A DNA stretch of 64,000 nucleotides from Callorhinchus milii (taxonomy: Eukaryota). The position numbers and the translations under genes are program-made. Where the stretch lies: positions 99,946,001 to 100,010,000 of the forward strand of contig NW_024704743.1 in the NCBI RefSeq assembly GCF_018977255.1, in the 5' to 3' direction. Position 1 is the first letter of the stretch. The number at the start of each line of letters is the position of its first letter. Below are positions 24,030-35,810 of the stretch, piece by piece. Below the pieces are notes generated by a model, which was given only the letters and a program-made list of their open reading frames with translations, did no database searches and was not told the origin of the DNA.

Positions 24030-25900
24030 CATCCACTGGACAAGGCCTTCCATATTCTGATAGCCTTCTGGTTAAATAATTCTTCAACCTCCCGCTGAAC
24101 TGTACTAGCATCAATCCTGAGTTTTTGCCCTCTTGTTATCAATTTACCAAGCAACCGGAGTAATCTCACTATCCTTCCAAAACATTTGAATTCACAAGAG
24201 CTCTACTAGATTTCCTCTCAACCTCTCGTAGAAGAAACTGATCCAATTTGGCATATATCTTAATATAAACTCCTCACTCCTCATAACTTCTATGATGTCA
24301 TTTCTATGATGTGACTTCTGCATTAAGCTCCCAAAATTGTACTTGGTATTGTATCTTCCTCGTTCCAATTCTCTGTTCCTTAGCATCATTAAGAACTTTG
24401 TTATTTGGGGTATGCTTTTTTTCCTGTTTCCCAAAATATCTTCACATTTCTCAAAATTAAGCTGCTTTCTGCCCAGCAGACTTACAGCATTCAGCAGTTT
24501 GCTATCACTTTAATTTGGTATTAACAAACTTACTTATTGTACCCCCAAGCTAATTTCTAAAATATTAATAATAAACATCCACTGACTCAACACACATTCT
24601 ACCCAGGATCATCTTGTTTTGTATAATTCAGTAAATTTGTGTCAATATTCCACAAACAGCAATGGGATGAATGAACAAATAGATACTTTTGCGTTTAAGT
24701 AAATGAGGACCATTGGCCAGGCCAGTGAGAGAACTCGAGCTTCTCCAGGGGAGTACTGAGAGCTTTAATATGCACCTGGACCATTACAGCAGGTAGTATC
24801 TCGTACAAAAGATGGCAACTCCAACAGTGCAGTACTCCCTCTGTAGTGCACTGGAGTATCAGTCTAGGGTATGACCTCAACCTTTTAACCCAGATGTGGA
24901 AATGCTATCAGTTGAATCAGACAGATAAAGTGAATTGACGTTTGCCAGTAGGCCCCTTAATTATTGAAGTTTATCTGTAACTGGTGTTTCATTTATGCTA
25001 GATTATTTTTCAGTATCGCTGGATCCACAATTCATTTATGAAGAATGTATTTGCCATTCCCTTATCCACTGTAAAATTCTTAACTCATCTTCAAAGGCCC
25101 TGTCTCCATACACGCCATACAATAATGTAGTTGAAAAATATTGTATGCAATGCATATTTTCTTTATCCACTATCCACTTTTCTATTGTCATTCACAAGTT
25201 TTTATTTATCCCCCATTCTCCACTAGCTCATTTGTAGACCCATAAATCTGATCACATTCTTCCCATCCAATGACAGTTAATATTTCATTGCCAGATAACA
25301 TAACTCACTTCTCACTTTCTCACTTGAGGCATCATTGCTTTTGTTTAATCATGATCCACGTAGCACATATCCTCATCTAAACTTTTCCACATAAAAGCCA
25401 TCAGTAGTTCCTGTCTTGTTTAATCCGATTGTATGCTTCAACCAGCATTAATTTTAAATTCTTCCAAATGCATACATCTGGGGCTAATTTCTGTTAATTA
25501 CTTATATATAGCAAGAGTTAATGCCGAGACCTCTAATTTGCCTCTTTCTTGCATATCAGCATTTGTGTAGTCTTTGAACTGCAATTTTTCTTTTCAAATT
25601 TATTACGAATTTTGTCCATTTCTTCTAAATAAGTGGAAATACACTTTATAGAATTTTATTAGTAAATCTTGTTTAACTTCGTCTGCCAGTCCTTTTATCT
25701 CCCCTGCGAAATCCCTGGTTACATCTGTTCTGTATCTTTTATTATTGCTGTAACTGCTCTGTTTAATATACTCATCTGTTCTGATACTGTTCAAAAGATC
25801 CTTTAAAATTGGCCTGTCTATCTTCTTGCAAATCTTGCACTTTTAGATTGATCACGACTTTGTGGAGAAGGTTGTTAGTATAAGCAACAGTTTGCTCATT
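24030..25900 (-). mobile_element. Ancient, heavily decayed CR1 LINE, interrupted by a family B SINE at 24640-24920 (-)
   Basis: Manual minus-strand translation gives GTISKFVNTKL, QLNFEKCE, RLRGNLVE, TRGQKLRI, IWKALS, KSLDED (CR1 ORF2 motifs). Confidence 0.7.
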
Positions 25901-26119
25901 GGAAGCTGAATGTGTGATCAGTTTCAAGGGGAAATTGAATGGCCTTTTGGCATTGAAAAGCATGTGAGAAAAGGAGAATTGATAGAATGAAGAACTCAAA
26001 ATCTAGAGTAAATGGGACCAGCTACAACAATGCTAGGCAATTCCTCTCCTTTCATAGTGACTCTATTTTTGACTGTCTATGTCACTTTCTCTGATTATAT
26101 CTGACCTTTCTTCACACTA

Positions 26120-26131
26120 TGTATGTATGTA

Positions 26132-26170
<39 letters not shown>
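26120..26170. repeat. (TATG)n/(TG)n microsatellite
   Basis: Direct reading. Confidence 0.95.
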
Positions 26171-26171
<1 letters not shown>

Positions 26172-26309
26172 TCTGTAACTTTGTATCTGAAAACAATTTC
26201 TCAATGGTGCTGCTAGTAACAGTAGTCACTGGTCAAAATGCATGTATGCATTTAATTCAAAATTGCATTGGCATTACCTCCGAGATTACAACCTGTTACA
26301 TATAAGCAG

Positions 26310-26775
26310 ACAAGTTCTTATTCAGCGTGCAGCTATATAGTGCTCTACTGTATTTGAAAAGGAAACCGGACACATGGATTATAAAGGTCCCTTCCAATGC
26401 TGCATATTGTTTTTGCAATACTGTATTATTTTTAATTGCTTCACAACGTTATATGGAAATTGAAAGTGACATACCTACTTTACTGCCATTCCATGCCTCT
26501 GAACTGTAATGTGATTCCATTCATTGTATGCTTATGCCCCACATTTTTTCTGTCATACTCTATCTTTATCAACGATAAATTGTATGTCTGCCCAATTCAA
26601 TAACCAATCCAAATCCAGTTGCAAATCTTTTGCTGTTTCCTCTGCTTCAAATGCTTACTTCAATTTTTGTGTCAGCAAATTTTATTAGCTTACGGTTGGT
26701 TTTAGCATCCAGATCATTTATGTAGATTAGAGACAATAAAGGTCCAATCATTGACCCTTGTGGGACTCTGCTCGG
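26310..26775 (-). mobile_element. Decayed CR1 RT fragment
   Basis: VPQGSMIGPLLSLIYINDLD...KFADTKI on the minus strand. Confidence 0.8.
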
Positions 26776-27435
26776 GCATTAAATACTTAAAACATATGCA
26801 TATTTCCACTCGCAGAATCCAAAGCTAATGCATTAAGCTTAGGACTGTGAAGATTAATGGAATTCAACTTCAAATTCACTCCTTCCTCACGGAACCAAGA
26901 AATGAGTTGATTTTCTTGGGGGAAGTGGGAACGACTTGTGGCTTTGTGATATGTGCAGTATTTGATAAATCTGTTTGATTGGTGGTGAATCACTACAACT
27001 GTAGGAGCAATTTGTTGTCTAATGTAGAGTATAAATGGGGGCTCAGCGAGCACGAATCATGCTGAAACCCTGCTTCCAACACCACATGGAAAAGATGGAT
27101 TTAGGAGTGTTGCCGTTCCCACCCACATATGGGGGTGAATGACACTGGCAATTTTTTATGTTTTTTTGCAGTTTGTTAGTGTCTGATATGCCATTGTTTT
27201 CTTACATTAAATATTATTATGAAATACCGCTGGATAAAGCAGCTCCTAATTCTCTGTGAGTCCAGAGTGTAGAATGTTATCCCTTTGATTTCTGGCAATT
27301 ATAACATGTGTAAACAGTGCACCTTTTGTTCCTCAGGGGTGAGGAATCTAATATATGATTATTTCTAAAGATTCAAGATTGCTTACTGCAACCAGAACTA
27401 CATCACACCATCTTGTTGGATTGAAATTCCCAATT

Positions 27436-27778
27436 TGAGTCCCATTGCTTAGTGGTTAGTGCGCTTGCTCTAGCAAGCGAGAGGACCCGGATTCAGTTCC
27501 CAGCGAGGCGAAACCTTAGGCAAGTTTCCACACTCCACCCGCTTCTGTTTATCTAGCAGTAAATTGGCAGTTAGTCGTTTAATGAATTGCTTTCCGAGGG
27601 TAATAACCCGTTCAAAAAAAAATGGTCACCCAATCCACGACTGTATGGGAGACACTGCTGTGCACAATCGGCTGCCGTGTTTCACCCACAAAATGCATAG
27701 TCGATTCACTACAATATATTCTGTGAGGCGCTTTGAGACATTTCAACGATGATATCAAATGCAAGGATTATTATTATT
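27436..27778 (+). mobile_element. Family A SINE, long form (tRNA-like head, CORE-like segment, partial Deu, L2 tail, (ATT)n)
   Basis: Similarity to 22238-22594 and 32183-32510. Confidence 0.85.
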
Positions 27779-28229
27779 TGGTTTTATTAAGGAATCCCCT
27801 TCAAAATATCATTGCATATTAAATCCCACAAGAAATGTAATTGAAATAAACTAATAGTTTTGAAACTATTAGCATCTTTCTTTCCCATTATGTAGTTTCC
27901 TTATAAGCATGTCCAATAGAAAATTGCGGAAATATTTGCTTCAAATTCCGGGGAGTTGATTGGTGCTGTTTTACTGGCAACCTACATTTTTTCCACTTTA
28001 TTGATAAAAACTAAACATGATAAAAAATAACACATGGTTGCAAAAAAATATTAATTATTACTTTAACAAAAACTGGGTGGCCCATTTGGGGGGAGGTGGG
28101 GACACACCAACCCAGCCCCAAAGGACCTGGAAATCCGCCAGAAAACAGCATAGTTTGCCAAGCTCACCAGTGTCCTGACTGGAGGGCCACAGGAGGTCAC
28201 CACCTCCTGCCTCTCAGGGCTTGTCATCA

Positions 28230-28390
28230 CACTGAGACCCAGAGAGATACACTTTTACAAACAGAGATACACACACAAATGCAGAGACATACAGTCACAG
28301 AGACACACGTACACACTCGCAGACACAGAGAGAAAGACACGCACACACTCATAGACACAAAGAAACACATTCTCAGAGACACACACACTT
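28230..28390. repeat. CA/GA-rich low-complexity tract (second tract at 28920-29040)
   Basis: Direct reading. Confidence 0.9.
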
Positions 28391-28464
28391 AGAAACAACA
28401 ACAACAAAATTACACTTGTATAGCGCCTTTCATATCGGGAGGACATCCCAAGGCGTCCCAATAA

Positions 28465-28841
28465 GTGGAGACCTGTAGCTCAGTGGTTAGAGCACTCGCC
28501 TTGCAAGCGAGAGACTTGGGTTCGATTCCCAACAGGGTGAAACCTTGGGCAAGTTTCCTTGCTCTACACGCTTGATAATAATCCCTCAAGAAAAAAACGT
28601 AATAACAATTTGGTCACTTCAATCCACGACTGTTTGTGGGACACTGCTGTGCGCAATTGGCTGCCGCATTTCACCCACAAATATACAACAACAACAACAA
28701 CAACAAGATTCCATTTATAAAGCGCCTTTCACGTCAGGAGGACGTACAATCAATTCACTTTAAAGTATATTCTGTGAAGTTATTTGAGACGTCTAGAAGA
28801 CGTGAAAAGCGCTATATGAAATGCAAGGATTATTATTATTA
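28465..28841 (+). mobile_element. Family A SINE, short form, with a ~60-bp L2 tail inserted in minus orientation at 28685-28745
   Basis: tRNA-Ala(TGC)-like head with A/B boxes; tail gcgctatatgaaatgcaaggattattatt. Confidence 0.9.
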
Positions 28842-29040
28842 AGACACAAAGGGAGAGGAGAGAGACATTATAAACAACAACTTGCATTTATAGAGTGCCC
28901 TCCATCGCTGCAGCGTCCCAACACACACATATAGAAGAGATACACAGACACTCACAAACATTTACAGAAGAGAGAGACACACTCACAGACAAAGTCACAG
29001 ACACACAGAGAGAGACACACACACAGAGACACAGAATCAC

Positions 29041-29195
29041 AACAGCGGGGCCTCCGAGTGGAGCGAAGCCTATTTCCCGCTCGTGCCACAGCACGCATGT
29101 GTGTCTGGAGCCGCCCCACCCACAATCGTGTCGGGTAAACAGTCGGCAACAGCACACAGGGGCCCCGGCACCAGAAACTTCCTTTTTCAGCAGAG
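29041..29195. promoter_or_regulatory. Orphan CpG-rich promoter-like patch
   Basis: 11 CpGs in ~150 bp in a CpG-poor background; TTTCCCGC (E2F) at 29073, CCGCCC (GC box) at 29111, ACTTCC/CTTCCTTTT (ETS or TCT initiator) at 29177. Confidence 0.45.
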
Positions 29196-29199
29196 GGTC

Positions 29200-29692
29200 C
29201 TGTTGAAAGTGATGATGTTGTTTATAGTGGAGGGGGTTGTTTACAGCGGAGGGTGTTGTTTACAGCGGAGGGTGTTGTTTATAGTGAAGGGTGTTTATAA
29301 TGGAGGGTGGTGTTTATGGTGGAGGGTGTTGTTTATAGTGGAGGGGGTTGTTTATAGTGGAGGGTGTCTATGGTGGAGGGTGTTGTTTATAGTGGAGGGT
29401 GTTGTTTATAGTGGAGGGTGTTGTTTATAGTGAAGGGTGTTTATAATGGAGGGTGGTGTTTATGGTGGAGGGTGTTGTTTATAGTGGAGGGGGTTGTTTA
29501 TAGTGGAGGGTGTCTATGGTGGAGGGTGTTGTTTATAGTGGAGGGTGCTGTTTATAGTGGAGGGTGTTGTTTATAGTAGAGGGTGCTGTCTATAGTGGAG
29601 GGTGCTGTTTATAGTGGAGGGGGTTGTTTATAGTGGAGGGTGTCTATGGTGGAGGGTGTTGTTCATAGTGGAGGGTGTTGTGTTGTTTATGA
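29200..29692. repeat. Minisatellite, ~19-bp unit GTGGAGGGTGTTGTTTATA, with a ~146-bp higher-order duplication
   Basis: Direct reading; variant block atagtgaagggtgtttataa recurs at 29281 and 29427. Confidence 0.95.
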
Positions 29693-30519
29693 TGGATTCC
29701 GAGAGAAATTTGCAGCCGCACTTTTCTATTGGCCCAGGTTATAAGCACTGATATTGCCACAGGGCTAACCCTAACTTTAAGGTAAACTGCATGAACTAGA
29801 CATGGAACGTTTTAAAACGATATTCTATCCTCCAATACTTTCCCCTCTAATTTTCTAGCAGGACACAGTTGAACTACCAAAGCCATCACATTGAAGCCAA
29901 ATATCATCCCTAACTGATTTCCACATACCTTCCAGCAGATTTTGGTTTGGAAAGCAATCAGGAACATTGGCTAAGTCTTCTCACTGTAGGCAATTGTAGC
30001 ACTCCAACTGTTACTCCAGCTGAGATCAGTTAACTCAGGATAGATGGGGCTTTGAACCTGCAGGATATATGTACACATGTTGTAATAAGCAGTGCAACTA
30101 AGCAATCAGAGGAGCTCAAGGCACTTATTAATTCCTACTCAGTATTTTATCCACTGAGATTGTGACACTTGCTTCAGGAAAGCATGAGGTGAAAGTTTAT
30201 ATGTCACATCATATTTTCCTGCCTTTATTTTCTATTGACTGCTGGCTCTGCACTCACCACATTTTCTCTGTAAGTGGCAGCTCATTTATCATTGAGTATT
30301 GCTCCCAGCAATGCCACCTCTTACTTAACTTAAACTAGCGGCTGATAATAATATTTGCCTTTGATATAGCACCTTCTGACATTGTCAAAATTTCTCAAAG
30401 GGCTTCACGGGATATACTGTAAAGTGTAGTGACTGACCTGGTAGCTAAGCACAGCACTCAATTTTGGCAACAGCAATGTCCCCTACACAGCAAGGAAACA
30501 AATGACTAATTTTATTTGA

Positions 30520-31630
30520 AACAACAACAAATAGCAATAAAATTACATTTGTATAGCAGCTTTCATGTCAGGAGGACGTCCCAAGGCGCTGGAAGTGAAG
30601 CAGGCCAGAGTCCACTGAGCGGAGGGAGCGGGCAGGATGGTAGAGGGTTAGGAGGTCGCAGAGGTAGGCGGGAACAAGGCCATAGAGGGCTTTGAAGGTG
30701 AGGACCATGATCTTGAGCTGTATCCTCTGTCTGATGGGAATCCAGTGGAGTCAGACGAGGATGGGGATGATAGAGCCACGGAGCCTGGTGCGGGAGAGGA
30801 CACGGACTGCAGAGCTCTGGATGATCTGCAGTCTATGGACAGAGGAGTTGGGGAGGCTGACAAGCAAGGAGTTTGCATAGTCAAGCCTCAATGTTATGAA
30901 TGTGTGTATGAGAGTTTCGGCAGCCTGCGGAGGCCATGTCGTAGCCGGTCGATGTTGCGGAAGTGGGGGAAGGCAGAGCTGGTCATGGCATGGATGTGGG
31001 GTAGAAAGGATAGTTGAGGGTCAAACAAGACACCAAGGTTCCAGACTGGCTTAGCAAGGTGGAGTGTGCAATCATGGCTGATGATGCTGTCAGCACCTGA
31101 GGTGTGGAGGCACCAACGGGAGCCAATCTAGAGAGCTTCGGTCTTGTTGACATTCAGTTGAAGAAAGTTAGCTCTCATCCAGGACATTCTGTCAGGACAG
31201 CAGTGGTCCTGGAGTCAAGGGTGGAGGCAGAGAGGTACAGTTGGGTGTCATCCACATACATTTGGAAGTTGACCCCATGTCTGCGGATGATGTCACCAAG
31301 AGGGAGCATATAGATGTTGAAAAGGAGGGGACCAAAGACAGAGCCCTGAGGAACTCTACACGAGAAGGGGAGAAACTGTTTGTGGCGATGAAGTAGAGGC
31401 ATTGTGATCTGAACCATTTAAGAACAGAAACATGAACCGTGAACAACAACAACAACAAGATTTCATTTGTATAGGACGTCCCAAGGGACTGAAGGTTGAG
31501 GTGAGAGAAGAGGAGGTGGATGAGGATAGAGTGATCAATGGTGTCGAAGGCAGCAGAGAGGTCAAGGAGGATGAGGCGGCAGAGGGAGCCCTGGTCACAG
31601 ATGGACAGAATGTCATTTGTCACTTTGACC
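30520..31630 (-). mobile_element. L2 LINE, 5'-truncated and internally deleted, inserted in a family B SINE; contains a tail-only insert at ~31440-31487
   Basis: [41 protein letters not shown]; (GTT)n tail at 30520. Confidence 0.92.
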
Positions 31631-32182
31631 ATGCCATCCCATCTCCATAAAGGATAACCATGTGGTTGGATAGGAAGAAATAAATCCTTTCTCTTTTCAA
31701 TTAGTGCTGTGGGATCTTTATATACTTGAAAGCCAACGGAACCTCAATTGAATGTCTCAACTGAAAGATTGTACTTCCAAATTGACTGATAATAAAACAC
31801 TCCAAACATCTGGTTTCGTCCAACAGAGCTAATCATTTTGAAATATAATATCCACTCAAAATAATGAACCAATCATTTCCCTCAATAATTTGGCATTAAA
31901 TCTTTTCTGCAAATTTAGTTGTTTTATTTTGCTTTTTTGCTGTGTTTCCATACTTCATTGGAGAATCAATATTCATCTGTTAGGGAAATGCCATCCCATC
32001 TCCATAAAGGCTATCTATGTGTTCAATAAGATAGTGAGCAGAGCATTCAGTCTGAATAATTCTTTCCTATAACTTAAGTTAAATTTACAGTGATCCAGCA
32101 TGTTCCCGTTCTATGATGTTTATCAATAAATATGGAGAAACAAATTGTCACTTTTTCCAGAGAAAATATTAGTAGAGAATCA

Positions 32183-32510
32183 TGGAGTCACATAGTGAGA
32201 TGGCCTGGGTTTGCTTCCCAGGCAGAGCGAAACCTTAGGCAAGTTTCCTTAATAATGTCTCTGCTTTCCTAGAAGTAAGTAGGAACCTGGTTATCAGTCA
32301 AATGGCGGATTGCTTTCTGGGGTTAATAATCACTCCAAAAAGAATTAATAATAATTTGGTCACTCAATCCAGGACTGTTCATGGAACATTGCTGTGCGCA
32401 ATTGGCTGCAGCATTTTGCCCACAAAATACACAGTCAATCCTGTGATATTCTTTGAGAGGTCTCAAAGACATGATAAGGCGTTATATCAAATGTAAGGAT
32501 TATTGTTAAT
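32183..32510 (+). mobile_element. Family A SINE, long form, decayed
   Basis: accttaggcaagtttcc...agtaagtaggaacc...gcgcaattggctgc...aaggattatt. Confidence 0.8.
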
Positions 32511-34371
32511 TATTTCATTTTTATCTTAAAGAAACAGAGCACTAGGTATTAACAAATTTGTTTATAACTACAAAACTAAACTTAGTTTATAGATTGTATG
32601 TATTTTGCTTTTAGTTCAGATAGAAGTTTAAAGACATTGGCTTCAGTGTCAGTCAGTAAGTAGGAAAGATCACGTGTATAATAACCTACAGATGTCTTAT
32701 GTAAAGCAACATTTGCCAATAAAATCATTAATAAAAAGCTTATGGAATATCTTTGTTACAGGGGGTAAAAATTATTTCCAGATTTAAGAAATTGTTAGTA
32801 TGAAAGATCAAGGCAATATGCTAGCATGTAACCACAATGTAAGCAAGGAAGATTAAAAGAGTTAAGGAAATCTTAATGCAACAATTCAACTCCAAAAAAA
32901 TAGGCTTAAATCGATGCACCATTTCTTTGTATTTAGATCCACCATTTGATTGTTAACGTATCAGAAATGCTCAATTGGTCTGACAGGCAGTTTATTTTTA
33001 CATCAATTGCACCCTATAAAATAGTCATTACAATTTACAGTAAATTATACGATGCACTTTAAGGCATTCTCCCAATGCATTTGAAAGATAGAAATTCTAA
33101 TTCCTTTGGGAGACGGTAATTTGAAAACTCTTTTGCCTTGTGTCCAACTTTTCAATAAGAAGCAATATTGTGTCACAGCAAGTAAAACAAATGTAATTTT
33201 GATGTTGTTGTTGTTTCTGACAGAAATCAGCAGCCTCCTGATTAAAACTCACAATGTCTGAGCCTGTTTGATGGAAATGGTGCTAAACCAAAAGAGGCAG
33301 ACAGACCTTGTGTGAAGGAATTTTCAGTCAAGGGGTACATGACATCTGCAATATAGTAGCGCAGGAAATAACAAGACTTTAAAGTAATTTCCCACAAAAT
33401 AATTTACAGAGGTCCCCCAATGGCCCAGTGGGTAAATGCCTGTACCTCCATAGTGCAATACCACACAGGGTTGCAGGGCTTTTCTGCCGTGTTAACTGAT
33501 CTAATTTGGGCCACTATAATTGGCCTCACCGCTCTGAACTTAGAGAGAAGAAAATTCAGTCATTGTAACCTCTCCTGGTCAATATCCAGCAACTCTTGCT
33601 GAAAGGTATTTCTGTGTCAGGAGTATACAAATTGTGAAAATAATGAAGGAAACACAGTAAGATCATGTCACAGGTTTTGCCAATGGGGAATAAAGCTGGC
33701 CTGGTTACATTAATCAAACAGGAAGGAAGGCTATAGGAAATCTGGGGGAATAAACAAGATTAGGCTGAATACGACTGGGAAACAGTCAAGGATGTTCTAA
33801 AAATGAGATGTCAGGAAATTCTGGAGACCAATCTTGAATGGATTAGGGAGATTTAATCTTAATATAAAGATACACATCAATGAAAATAAAATCTTGAGTG
33901 GATTACTTCAGTAATTGTTACATCACTGGGGAGAATCAGAAATCAGAAGCGAGGGTGGGCTCAAGGGGGAAATCTGTTCTGAAGCTGGAGGGAAGACATT
34001 CAATTGGGAAATGTGGAATCTGGTAACTCCAGAGGAAATTGTAAATGCATTTTTGATTACACAAGAATAATAACACCACTAATAACTATCTATTCATAAT
34101 AAGTGTATTGGACTAATGCAAAATAACAAAGAGCTCATGGCAATATTTCAAAGAGCAGAGAGCTTTCCCAGTGTCCTGGGCATTATTTTTCTATCATTGC
34201 TATTCACCATGAAACTGGCTCAATTTGGTTATTAGTTTCATTGTTGACGCTCAAAGTCCCAATATGGTTAGGGAATGTACGGTATTCATAGATTTTAAAT
34301 TATGACAGAAATTGTTTAAACTGCATGTTGACTCAAAGATTAATCTCTGTGCTTCTGTAAAAAGAAGCCAG

Positions 34372-34752
34372 GTGTCAACCTGATTCAGTTGGCAACATTC
34401 TTGCCTCTGAGTCAGAAGGTTCTGGGTTCAAGTCCTGAACTCATAGTCTATGCTGACACCTCAGTGCAGTGCTGAGGCTGTGCTCCATTACTGGAGATCC
34501 TATCTTTTGGACGAGATGTTAAACTAAGGCCCTGTCTGCCTGTTCAGATAAATGTTAAAAATCCCATAAGAATATTCAAAGAGTTTTTTCTGGTGTCCTT
34601 GAATCCCATGGATGTTTGTTCAACACTACTGTGTATAAATTGGCTACTAATAAATATATAGTAACTACTTGTTACTGTAAATCCTGCAAAATGCTTTGAG
34701 ACATCCTCCCGATGTGAAACGTGGTTATATTAAATGTAAGGATTATTATTAT
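34372..34752 (+). mobile_element. Family B Deu-SINE
   Basis: gcctctgagtcagaaggtt..gggttcaagtcc head, Deu body, L2-like tail. Confidence 0.85.
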
Positions 34753-35609
34753 TTTATATAATCTATGGGGCAAAATGTCTGACCTGTGATGTGTTGTGGA
34801 GAATAGTATTTCAGTGCCTCAGGGTTACAGGATACTGATTTAATTTAGATTGAATTCATACTATGGTAACCCATAAAGAGGCATTGAACCGCCACACTCC
34901 TCATTCATCACCAAAAACTGCAATCTTCAGGTTCAACCAATTGTGTGAAGTTGCGAGAGGTGAGAGGAACTCATACTCTTAACCAGAATTCAGTTATCGA
35001 CTGGAAGTTGCAATTTTTTTTTCAACTGAGAATTACAATGTTTCACAACAGATTTCAATTTGATAACAACATATTTATTATGTTAAAAAAATCACAATTT
35101 TCATCCTAGAGAAGTAGTGGCTAACCTGTGGCCCATGGGGTTGTCAAGTACCCTCCGCAATCCCCTGAACATTCGCAAGGGTCTAGGTAACACCGTGTTC
35201 AATCGTTAGTGTGTTTTCAGTTTTTTCTTGATTGAATAGTTCTTGCATAAATCCAGAAATATTTAACCAAGAAAATTGATTTTGTTGACCATAAAGATTG
35301 GCCACTACTGTCCCAGAGTATAACGTTTGAAGCAGCACTTCCCAAATACTCTCAGATTTTAAACAATATAAACAATGGTTCCTTCAAAAGTGTGTTCCAG
35401 CAGATGTCAGAGTGACCCCGGTTTTATGATGTTCATTTCACACCTAATCGACAGAACACAGTCTCTGCATTCTGTTTAGAAATTTCCCTTTTCACATCTT
35501 TGTGAGGCCAGAGATCTTAAAGACGAACACAACCCTTTCTTTCCCTTTTCATCTCAAAGTAGGAAAAAGTGTAAGCTCCAGAGTGATAAGCAACTCTGTG
35601 TTGTCGTGC

Positions 35610-35810
35610 TAGCATAAGGACATAAGAAATTTACTAGACAAAAAGAAGACCAAGGTCCATCTAGTTCACCTTCCACCTTCCTGGAGGATGCATGCACATA
35701 TGTCCCAAACTACCTATGTACTGTATCCCATAATGTTATTTCCCAAATGAAATTACTATGTAATCTGTGTTTGAAGGAATCAATAGTTCCTGTTTCAACC
35801 ATCTCCCTAT
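35610..35810 (-). mobile_element. CR1 3' end, same family as 14746-15795
   Basis: Reverse complement of the 15480-15795 3'UTR and tail. Confidence 0.85.

Noticed and set aside
23460..26050. AT-rich minus-strand coding-like region first suspected to be an endogenous viral element or unknown gene
   Set aside because: Manual translation across frameshifts recovers CR1 ORF2 motifs (GTISKF..TKL, RLRGNLVE, TRGQKL, IWKAL), so most of it is an ancient CR1.
28150..28235. Possible C/D-box snoRNA on the minus strand (GTGATGA ... CTGA)
   Set aside because: No terminal D box at a suitable distance and no terminal stem.
28465..28540. tRNA-Ala(TGC)-like cloverleafs (also at 43272 and 55934)
   Set aside because: The acceptor stem is broken and each runs directly into a SINE body and tail; these are SINE heads, not tRNA genes.
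29200..29692. Regularly spaced repeats as a CRISPR-like array
   Set aside because: Head-to-tail units without unique spacers in a vertebrate genome; this is a minisatellite.
32880..33300. AT-rich unique stretch with TGACAG/ATCAAT/TTTAT motifs as a conserved enhancer
   Set aside because: These motifs are short and expected by chance; the call cannot be supported without cross-species alignment.
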